Assembly (NCBI GenBank): GCA_002348345.1
Contig: DEAY01000329.1
Coordinates: forward strand, 1-40,104
Direction of reading: 5' to 3'
DNA: 40,104 bases
Source of the DNA: Verrucomicrobia bacterium UBA2970
GTDB taxonomy: Bacteria > Verrucomicrobiota > Verrucomicrobiia > Limisphaerales > AAA164-E04
The position numbers and the translations under genes were made by a program. The notes under the pieces are model-generated. The model ran no database searches. It saw nothing but the letters and a program-made list of their open reading frames with translations, and had not been told where the DNA came from. This document shows, piece by piece, positions 9,798-17,155 of the stretch (position 1 is its first letter; each line of letters begins with the position of its first letter).

Positions 9798-9891
9798 AGG
9801 TCGGTGGGGAGAGCTTAGCGGGATCGAAATGAATCGCAAGACTGGCAATTGATTGGAAAATCCACCAGGATTGGAAGGGAATCCATCGGTG

Positions 9892-11253
9892 ATGAACGAG
9901 GCAATCAAATCGACGAAGCAGTCTGCCCGCGTGGTGGTGGTGATCGTGGCCGTCCTCGCCTGGTTTTTTGGCGGTGTTCAGATTTCCATTACAAATCTGG
10001 CACTTCGGTCGGCTGCGGTGGGATTAATGGGCGACGCGGGTTGGATGGATCCGGACCGGTATCAGGCGCTCACCGCCGAAGCGCGAACGGCGACCCTGTC
10101 GGATTCGGATCAGGCGCAGCTCGAGGATTGGAATCAACAGGCCGCCAAGTGGTATGCCTGGTTCCAGTGCGCGTTCCTTTTCGGGGCCGCGGCGGGCGGG
10201 TTTGTCTTCGGACGCCTGGGCGATCAGTGGGGACGAACGAGGGCTCTGGCGATGAGTGTGGCCGTGTTTTCGGCGTTTACGGGACTGTCTTACTTTGCTC
10301 GCAATCCCGTGGACCTTTTGATCCTCCGGTTCGTCGCCTGTTTAGGGATTGGTGGGACGTGGCCCAATGGGGTGGCTTTGGTGACGGAGGCGTTTTCCCG
10401 AATCGCTGGTCCTATTATGGCCAGCCTGATTGGGATGGCCGGCAATGTGGGGATTTTTGCCATGTCGACCTTGGCGGCTCAGGTCGAGGTGACCCCGGAG
10501 GCTTGGCGTTGGGTGATGTGGGTCGGCGCCATCCCTCTGGTCTTGTCGCTCCTCATCTGGATTCTCTTACCCGAATCGCCGGCTTGGCTTCGAATGAAAA
10601 AGGAGGGCGCCGAATCATCCAAACAGGCGTCCGGTGCCAGCGCGGTTTTTCGACGGCCCTACGGTCGGCTGACGTTGATTGGGATCGGTCTTGCCACCAT
10701 TCCACTGCTGGGTGGCTGGGGAAGCGCTAATTGGATGATGCCATGGGCCGATGAGGCGGGTGCGATGGCCGAAACCCCGGATCCGTTTCTCAAGGCGCGG
10801 GTCGGTCAGGCCAGAGCACTGACCAGTATCGCTGGGAGTTTTTTGGCGGGCTGGATTTCGCTATGGATCGGACGTCGTCGAACATATTTTCTGACGAGTC
10901 TTGGAGCCTTATTGGTGGCGCAATATGCGTTCCGATACACCGAGCCAATGGATTCTGATTTTCTGGTCTGGGTCGCCTGTTTGGGATTCTTCAACGGGAT
11001 CTATTTTGGATGGCTTCCTTTTTTCCTACCGGAGCTCTTTCCGACTCGAATTCGATCGACCGGTGCGGGCGTCAGTTTCAATTTCGGACGGATTCTCACC
11101 GGCTTAACCCTTCTGATCACAGGCACCTTGCTGGCGTGGTTTAACAGTGATTATGCCCGGATCGGTCAGGTGACCAGTTTTGTCTTTGCTTTGGGGATGA
11201 TCTGTATTTTGTTTGCCCCAGACACGACTCGGCAAGAGGGGGAGGCGGAATGA
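9892..11253 (+). CDS. MFS transporter (sugar/organic-acid porter-like)
   Basis: About 12 hydrophobic segments. MFS motif A 'GRLGDQWGRTRA' follows TM2, and there is an unusually long (~45 aa) acidic loop between TM1 and TM2. The first ATG is at 9892 (MNEAIKSTKQ); the ORF-track start at 9853 is a TTG. The stop overlaps the next gene's ATG (ATGA at 11250). Confidence 0.85.
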   Translation: MNEAIKSTKQSARVVVVIVAVLAWFFGGVQISITNLALRSAAVGLMGDAGWMDPDRYQALTAEARTATLSDSDQAQLEDWNQQAAKWYAWFQCAFLFGAAAGGFVFGRLGDQWGRTRALAMSVAVFSAFTGLSYFARNPVDLLILRFVACLGIGGTWPNGVALVTEAFSRIAGPIMASLIGMAGNVGIFAMSTLAAQVEVTPEAWRWVMWVGAIPLVLSLLIWILLPESPAWLRMKKEGAESSKQASGASAVFRRPYGRLTLIGIGLATIPLLGGWGSANWMMPWADEAGAMAETPDPFLKARVGQARALTSIAGSFLAGWISLWIGRRRTYFLTSLGALLVAQYAFRYTEPMDSDFLVWVACLGFFNGIYFGWLPFFLPELFPTRIRSTGAGVSFNFGRILTGLTLLITGTLLAWFNSDYARIGQVTSFVFALGMICILFAPDTTRQEGEAE

Positions 11254-12068
11254 AGATCCATCTAAACGTAGGCACGGACTTGGGCAAACGGTGCTGCCTG
11301 GCTGGGCGAGCCGTGGAGGGGTTGGAATGGGTTGAGCGAATCGAGGAAGCTGATGGCGTGCTGACGGATCAAGTGCCCAGAGAGGACCGTCCGCGTCCGG
11401 CGCTTTTTTTGGGTTCGATCCCGGAGCTGACCCGGTCGGCCGGATCAATTCCCAATTTGGGGCCATGGTTCTCGGTGGGTCTCCCGCGGCGCTATGAGCC
11501 TGCGATTCAGGGATTGTATCGAAGTCATCGCCAAGGGGAGCTTGGCGAACTAGGGTTGTTGCGAGCACATCGCTGGCTGGCGGGTGGCATCAACGAGGCC
11601 AGGCGTCAGCAAGAACGAGTGGCTTTGATCGATGTGGTGGTTTGGTTGTTTGGTGGATTGCCTGATACCGTTTACGCGCTGCGCCATCAGGATGATAACG
11701 GATTGCAGGTGCATCTTTCCTTTCCCGGGGCGGGGATGGCGATGCTCGATTGGGCATGGAGCCTTCCTGAGGGAAAGAACTACGACTCGATTCATCTGAT
11801 CGGAGATCGGGGGGCGGCCTACGCGGATGACCATCGAAACATGGCGCTCCTTTATTCAGGTGACGATCCTCGCGCCTTGACCGTCGGGAATCCGACCTAC
11901 GGGATGGCGACCCTGCTTCAGGCGTTCGTGGATTCAATATCCGCACACAAACCGATGGTATCACTGGCGGAGGTTCTTCAAGTGCAGAAAGTGGTCGATG
12001 CCGTCCAGAAAAGCCTAGAGGCTCATGAAGTTTGCCGCTTGAGAGAAGTCGGGGGAAAGGATTGCTGA
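11250..12068 (+). CDS. Gfo/Idh/MocA-like protein with a truncated/degenerate nucleotide-binding domain
   Basis: The C-terminal two thirds look like the Gfo/Idh/MocA C-terminal domain ('RRYEPAIQGLYRSHRQGELGELGLLRAH', 'ALIDVVVWLFGGLPDTVYAL'). Only ~75 aa precede it. I see no GxGxxG loop, and the EKP position reads 'LGSIPE'. Confidence 0.6.
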   Translation: MKIHLNVGTDLGKRCCLAGRAVEGLEWVERIEEADGVLTDQVPREDRPRPALFLGSIPELTRSAGSIPNLGPWFSVGLPRRYEPAIQGLYRSHRQGELGELGLLRAHRWLAGGINEARRQQERVALIDVVVWLFGGLPDTVYALRHQDDNGLQVHLSFPGAGMAMLDWAWSLPEGKNYDSIHLIGDRGAAYADDHRNMALLYSGDDPRALTVGNPTYGMATLLQAFVDSISAHKPMVSLAEVLQVQKVVDAVQKSLEAHEVCRLREVGGKDC

Positions 12069-12070
12069 CA

Positions 12071-13186
12071 ATGGGAACCCGGGCCCAACATCGAGTGCTG
12101 GTACTGAGCGTGGTGAAACACGATTACCTGCCCCGGGCGGTCGCTGCCCATCCGCAGTTCGAGCTCGTCGGTGTCGCCGACCATGGCGACCGACCCGCTT
12201 GGGTGCACGAACGGAATCAAGCCTTTGCCGATGAGTTCTCGATTCCTTACCGAACCGATGTCGAGGAAGCGCTCTCTGCATCGGCCGCGACGGTCGCGGT
12301 GGTCAGCTCGGAGGCGGAACGCCATTGTGAGCTGGGGCTCCGAGCCGTCCAGGCCGGCCTCCACGTCATTCTGGATAAACCGCTCGCGTTGCGATTGTCT
12401 GATGCGGACCGGCTCGTCGATGCGATCGAGCAGAGGGGGGTGCAATCGTTGGTCTGGAATCGAAACTACCTGCCGTCCTTAGTGGAAACCAAGTCGGTGC
12501 TGGATTCGGGAGGCTTGGGTTGCCTTCGGTCGATTCACTGCGACTTCTATTTCTCCAAAGATGCGGGTCCGCGGAAGGGAACCCGTGGCTTGGATGAGCC
12601 ACCCATCAATTGGTTGGAGCGCCAGTTGGAGGCGCATGCCGATGGCTCCGACGGAGGCGTTGGCCTGGAGCCGATGGGGGAATTGCAGATTGAAGGGATT
12701 TACCCCTTGGCCTATCTCCATCTCCTCACGGGCCAGCGTGTGGCTCGAGTCTTTACCAAAGCGGCTGCTCACTTTCATCAAGCCAATGTCGACAATCAGG
12801 TGGAAGACTTGGCAACCGTTTCCTTGGAAATGGAGAGCGGGGTCTTGGCTTCGCTCTGTATTGGTCGTATTGGTGCCGCGGCTCACCCCGACATCGGGGA
12901 GATCAAGCTTCATCTGGTGGGCACTGAAGGCGCTTTGGTGGTGACAGAAGCGCGACCGGAAGTGAGCGTCCATTATCGCGATCAGAATCCCCTTGAGTTT
13001 AAGAACCGCCGGATTGCTGATCACAATAACTTTTTGCTGATGGACGAATTTGCTCGGGCCTTGGCCGGCAAAGGTCATCCAGTCTTCACCGTCTTGGATG
13101 CCCGAAACATCACGGCCACCATCTTGGCGGCCCTAGAATCGAATCGAACAGGAAACGCGATCATCGTCGAGAACCGAGGGGTATGA
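12071..13186 (+). CDS. Gfo/Idh/MocA family oxidoreductase paralog (non-canonical Rossmann loop)
   Basis: The ATG at 12071 is 2 nt after the previous stop (the ORF-track start 12032 lies inside the upstream gene). The N-terminus 'RVLVLSVVKHDYLPR' replaces the glycine-rich loop, and 'HVILDKPLAL' is a DKP variant of EKP. The C-terminal domain is typical for the family. The stop overlaps the next ATG (ATGA at 13183). Confidence 0.75.
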   Translation: MGTRAQHRVLVLSVVKHDYLPRAVAAHPQFELVGVADHGDRPAWVHERNQAFADEFSIPYRTDVEEALSASAATVAVVSSEAERHCELGLRAVQAGLHVILDKPLALRLSDADRLVDAIEQRGVQSLVWNRNYLPSLVETKSVLDSGGLGCLRSIHCDFYFSKDAGPRKGTRGLDEPPINWLERQLEAHADGSDGGVGLEPMGELQIEGIYPLAYLHLLTGQRVARVFTKAAAHFHQANVDNQVEDLATVSLEMESGVLASLCIGRIGAAAHPDIGEIKLHLVGTEGALVVTEARPEVSVHYRDQNPLEFKNRRIADHNNFLLMDEFARALAGKGHPVFTVLDARNITATILAALESNRTGNAIIVENRGV

Positions 13187-13995
13187 CAGGACTAGAATTA
13201 AGGACGGCCTTGAGGTCGGGGCAAACCGTATTGGGTACCTTGGTGGTCTCCACCTCTCCGTTTTGGCCGAAGATCATTCGAGATTGTGGGTTAGACTTTG
13301 TCTTCATCGATACCGAACACATTGCCATTGATCGCGAGCGGTTGTCGTGGATGTGCCGGACTTATTCGGCGCTGGGGCTGCCACCTTTGGTTCGGCTGAC
13401 CGATCAAGACCCGAATCAAGCCACGGTGGCTCTCGACGACGGCGCGGCGGGAATCATCGCGCCCTATGTGGAGAAGGCGGAAGCTGCCCAAGCGCTGCGA
13501 GGAGCGACCAAGTTTCGCCCGCTGAAAGGACGGCGATTGGTGGATGCTCTCGCGGGTTCCCCATTGGAGCCGTCGTTGGATGACTACATCGGGTCACACG
13601 CAGGGAACAACATTCTCATTCTCAACACCGAGAGCGTCCCTGCGATCGAGGCCCTGGATGAGATCCTCGAGACCGAAGGAGTGGATGCGGTTCTGATTGG
13701 TCCCCATGATTTGTCGACGAGCCTGGGAATCCCCGAGCAGTATCAGCACACTGACTTCCTCAAGGCGGTGGAGGCGATTTTCAAGAAGGCCCGGTCTCGT
13801 GGGATTGGGGCGGGGATCCACGCTTGGTTTTCCTTGGAGGAGCATGTGCGGTTCGTCGAAATGGGAGCGAATCTCCTGATTCACAAGGCCGACGTCATCT
13901 TCTTCCGACAGGGAATGATGGCCGAAATGGGTGAGTTGCGGTCCCGTCTCAAGATCGAGTCGGGAACCGGTCACGATTCATCGGTGAATATTTGA
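13183..13995 (+). CDS. HpcH/HpaI family aldolase (2-keto-3-deoxy-acid aldolase-like)
   Basis: 'CGLDFVFIDTEHIAIDRERL', 'PPLVRL' and 'GIIAPYVEKAEAAQALRGATKFRPLKGRR' match the class II HpcH/HpaI/citrate-lyase-beta-like aldolase pattern (xDxEH, VRv, mvPxVxtaeeA ... PxGxRG). Confidence 0.85.
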   Translation: MTGLELRTALRSGQTVLGTLVVSTSPFWPKIIRDCGLDFVFIDTEHIAIDRERLSWMCRTYSALGLPPLVRLTDQDPNQATVALDDGAAGIIAPYVEKAEAAQALRGATKFRPLKGRRLVDALAGSPLEPSLDDYIGSHAGNNILILNTESVPAIEALDEILETEGVDAVLIGPHDLSTSLGIPEQYQHTDFLKAVEAIFKKARSRGIGAGIHAWFSLEEHVRFVEMGANLLIHKADVIFFRQGMMAEMGELRSRLKIESGTGHDSSVNI

Positions 13996-14143
13996 ATCTT
14001 TCCCGGAGATCCGAAAGCGGAGGGTTTGGTTGGACCCTTGGTCCGTCCTCAATCGGTCAAGGCAAGGGATTGGGTCGCATGTGACGAGCGAGGGTGTCGG
14101 GACCGGTCGATGCCGGCACGCCAGATTTCGTCAGCGACGGTCT

Positions 14144-14911
14144 CTAGACGTGAGAAGGTTTCCTTGAATCCTGGGGATGGGTTTGAAGAAGGGAAAGCAT
14201 TTCCGACACGGCCGCCGACATTCCGACGGTCAGGGCTCGGCTGACGATGCTGTGGCCGATGTTGAGCTCGGACAGATGAGGGATGGTGTGAATCCGATGA
14301 AGATTCTGGTAGTTCAGTCCATGCCCGGCATTGATTTTCAGGTTTTGAGCGTTGCCGCGTTCGGCGGCTCGAGTGAGTCGTTGAAGTTCTTCGGCAAGAT
14401 GTGCCTCGGAGTCGGTGAATGATTCGGCAAAAGGTCCGGTGTGCAGCTCGACGGCTTGGGCCCCCGTTTCCAGGGTTGCCTCAATTTGGTGGAGATCTGG
14501 ATCAATGAAGAGACTTACTTCAATCCCAAGGTCCTGAAGGCGCTGTGCCGTCTCTCGAATCCGGGCGATCCCGCCGGCCACATCGAGGCCGCCTTCCGTC
14601 GTCAGTTCCTCCCGTTTTTCCGGGACAAGACACACGGAGGTCGGTTTGAGTTGCTCGGCAATGCCCACCATCTCCGGCGTATTGGCCATTTCGAAATTCA
14701 GGGGGATCGCGAGGGCTTGTTTGAGATTCCAGATATCCTGGTCGAGAATGTGCCGACGATCTTCGCGAAGGTGGGCTGTAATTCCGTAACAACCAGCGGC
14801 CTCGCAGGCCATGGCTGCCTCGATGGGGCAGGGTTCACCGTTCGAGGCGCCCCGATACCGTGCCTGACGGACGGTGGCGACGTGATCGATGTTAACGCCG
14901 AGTTTTAGCAT
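14144..14911 (-). CDS. pdxJ: Pyridoxine 5'-phosphate synthase
   Basis: Nearly motif-for-motif like E. coli PdxJ: 'LGVNIDHVATVRQAR', 'GITAHLREDRRHI', 'LNFEMA', 'VCLVPEKREELTTEGGLDV', 'VSLFIDPD', 'VELHTG', 'INAGHGLNY', 'ELNIGHSIVSRA'. Confidence 0.97.
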   Translation of the reverse strand: MLKLGVNIDHVATVRQARYRGASNGEPCPIEAAMACEAAGCYGITAHLREDRRHILDQDIWNLKQALAIPLNFEMANTPEMVGIAEQLKPTSVCLVPEKREELTTEGGLDVAGGIARIRETAQRLQDLGIEVSLFIDPDLHQIEATLETGAQAVELHTGPFAESFTDSEAHLAEELQRLTRAAERGNAQNLKINAGHGLNYQNLHRIHTIPHLSELNIGHSIVSRALTVGMSAAVSEMLSLLQTHPQDSRKPSHV

Positions 14912-16553
14912 TGGGGCGGGGGATCGGCGGAGGACTCGGCACCGAGGGGGTGGAGATGAAGCCTCTCATTTCCCACTGGGTGAGAAGCTCCTTGTCCAAG
15001 AACGGAAAGGCTTTGGCCTCGATCCATTGAGCGAGAAGGTTGAGCTCCAAGCCGGTGAGACCGAAGTGGCTCTTACGATTGAGCCTGAGTTCGTTTGGTT
15101 TCGAGGCCCTTACAATGGTCACTGCGTTCCCCATCTTCGATTCGATGGCAGAAAGCCATCGATAACCGGGGCGATTGGATTGGCTCTGTGGCTTTTGGAA
15201 AAGGAACGCCAGGAACTGGGCCAGGACCCTGTAGGTCTCGATTCGGTTCTGTGTGATCTCCCATTGGTAGTAGACGATGTTTTCCTGGCTCTCGAGTTGG
15301 TCGATGAGGCCCTGGGGAATGGAGCGGAAGGCGGGGGACAGTGGGAAGAGTCCGGCAACCCGCACGCCGTGGGTCTCGTTCGTGGCGCCCCGGATAAATG
15401 GCTGAATGAATCCGGGCATGATTTGAAGGATGGTCTCGTTTCGCTGTGGAAACGAGACCAAACGGGCGCTACCGCTCGTCATGATGCCGGATCCCATCAG
15501 GAGAGGCAGTTGCTTCGTCAGCGGGGCGACCGGGATGGCCGCCTGGGGGATCGGCCATGCCAGATAGAGGGGAAAAATAGGGATACTGTTTGAGCTCACC
15601 ACGCTAGGTCGGGACCAGGAAAAGACCTGCGAAGGGAGCCCTTCCTGGCGGAGCGGATTGCTCATTGGCAGTTTCTCGATCAAGGGGTTGAGTCCTCTCA
15701 ATCCACTGAAACTGACGATGGGATCCGCGATCAGTTTCGTGGGGACTTCCCACGAGGGAAGCGGCGCTTGGACCGGTTGGGCGATCGAGAACCTCGCTTC
15801 AGTCCTGACGGTGGTATCCTCGGGGATAAACTTCAGATCAAATCTGGTGACGAGGTCGAGATCAAGGTCGGCCAACCATTTTGCAAGGCGACGAAAATCA
15901 CCACGGAGATCGAGGGCGGACCGTTCGGAGCGCTTCGGGATGATGCCTTCCTTGATCTGTTGGTTCCACTCGGGCAGCTTTGAGTGGGTGTCGGGTCCGA
16001 CGGAAAAGAGGAGCCACTCCCCTTGGTACACGAAGCGGGTCAGGAGTTCCGGTCGGGGATGGGTGGCCGTCCAATCGATGTTCTCGGAATCGCTGTTGGA
16101 AACCGGCGGCTTCCAGCCAAGTGTTCCCAAGTAACGTCTGAGGTTTCGATCCCAAAGTTCCAGTTTCTTCTCGGGGAAACGCACGCCGAGGGAGAGGTTG
16201 GGATGCTCTCCCGGCGTTCCATTGAATTCTCCGAAACTTTCATAGGTGAGGACGCCTTCCAGAAACGCTTTGAGTAGTCTGCGTCGGACGGGGGGCGCGG
16301 CCGCTTCGGTTCCAAAGATTTGCCGCTCAGGTGCTTGGGCCAGTCCTTCCAGCACGGAATTCATGAGTCGCCGGGATTCGGGTAATCGAAACACTTCCCT
16401 GACCGAGCCCGCGTTGGGATCGGATTTCAACGGGCCTGAGCCCGCGTAATGCCAGCGAAACCAGAGGGAATCTGACTCGTCCGGCAAGGCGACCGGAACC
16501 ATCGAGTCAAGAATCCCGATCAGGGTGAGAAGTGGAAGGACGGCGCTACGCAT
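14892..16553 (-). CDS. Hypothetical exported protein (no recognisable domain)
   Basis: Long uninterrupted ORF. The start is trimmed to the ATG at 16551-16553 (MRSAVLPLLTLIGILDSMVPVA, a signal-peptide-like N-terminus). Its 3' end overlaps the pdxJ start by 20 nt on the same strand. Amino-acid composition is balanced, unlike the shadow ORFs. Confidence 0.7.
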   Translation of the reverse strand: MRSAVLPLLTLIGILDSMVPVALPDESDSLWFRWHYAGSGPLKSDPNAGSVREVFRLPESRRLMNSVLEGLAQAPERQIFGTEAAAPPVRRRLLKAFLEGVLTYESFGEFNGTPGEHPNLSLGVRFPEKKLELWDRNLRRYLGTLGWKPPVSNSDSENIDWTATHPRPELLTRFVYQGEWLLFSVGPDTHSKLPEWNQQIKEGIIPKRSERSALDLRGDFRRLAKWLADLDLDLVTRFDLKFIPEDTTVRTEARFSIAQPVQAPLPSWEVPTKLIADPIVSFSGLRGLNPLIEKLPMSNPLRQEGLPSQVFSWSRPSVVSSNSIPIFPLYLAWPIPQAAIPVAPLTKQLPLLMGSGIMTSGSARLVSFPQRNETILQIMPGFIQPFIRGATNETHGVRVAGLFPLSPAFRSIPQGLIDQLESQENIVYYQWEITQNRIETYRVLAQFLAFLFQKPQSQSNRPGYRWLSAIESKMGNAVTIVRASKPNELRLNRKSHFGLTGLELNLLAQWIEAKAFPFLDKELLTQWEMRGFISTPSVPSPPPIPRPNAKTRR

Positions 16554-16732
16554 ACAATCGGCTCTTTGATTGCCAAATTCGGAGTGAATAAGCAAATGGA
16601 AATCGAATGGGATCCAACCGACGCCATGAGGCGGCCATCATGGGATCGATCAGTATTTCGTCTTGATTTGAGGGCGTCTGCTCTGTTTTGTATGCGGAGG
16701 AAGAGTTGGAAATAAACAGGAAGATCAAGCGA

Positions 16733-17149
16733 GTGAAGAACATTTTTGGCAGGATTTTAATGGCTGGAGTCATGGCGGTATGGTTGGCGGGATGCAACCA
16801 GTCTCAGGATCAAGCCCACCACGACCACGATCATGAGGGTGAGCATTCCCACAGTCATAATGGGGACAGTGATGCCGAACACCACCATGGGACGGCGGAT
16901 CATGACGGAGAGAGCCATTCTACGGACCTGGCTGCTCAGAAAGCGGCCTATCCCCTAAAGACGTGTGTGGTGGGAGGGGAGGCGCTTGGGTCGATGGGGG
17001 ATCCCGTGGAATATGTGCACGAGGGCCGCTTGGTTCAGTTTTGTTGCGAGGGCTGCATCGATGATTTCAAGAAGGATACGGCCCAATACCTCGCCAAGCT
17101 GGATGCGGCGCTCCCCCCTCAGGGAGGGGAGGCCCCTTCTCAGGAATAG
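16733..17149 (+). CDS. Histidine-rich lipoprotein with a C-terminal YHS/TRASH-like Cys motif (putative metal-binding)
   Basis: The preferred start is the GTG at 16733, with AGGAAG 9 nt upstream. It gives MKNIFGRILMAGVMAVWLAG|C, i.e. a lipobox LAGC. Alternative starts are the TTG at 16688 and the ATG at 16760. The mature N-terminus has 12 His in 42 aa (NQSQDQAHHDHDHEGEHSHSHNGDSDAEHHHGTADHDGESHS). The C-terminus reads 'KTCVVGGEALGSMGDPVEYVHEGRLVQFCCEGCIDDF'. Confidence 0.7.
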   Translation: MKNIFGRILMAGVMAVWLAGCNQSQDQAHHDHDHEGEHSHSHNGDSDAEHHHGTADHDGESHSTDLAAQKAAYPLKTCVVGGEALGSMGDPVEYVHEGRLVQFCCEGCIDDFKKDTAQYLAKLDAALPPQGGEAPSQE

Positions 17150-17155
17150 CGGAGG

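Noticed and set aside
9849-10730. A 293-aa ORF in an alternative plus-strand frame over the MFS gene.
   Set aside because: Its composition is Gly/Arg-rich and non-protein-like, whereas the overlapping frame gives a clean 12-TM MFS protein with motif A.
14889-15593. A 234-aa ORF (and 14441-14908) antisense to the orphan exported protein and pdxJ.
   Set aside because: It overlaps pdxJ, which is unambiguous, and the long minus-strand ORF. It has a low-complexity Gly/Arg/Asp composition.
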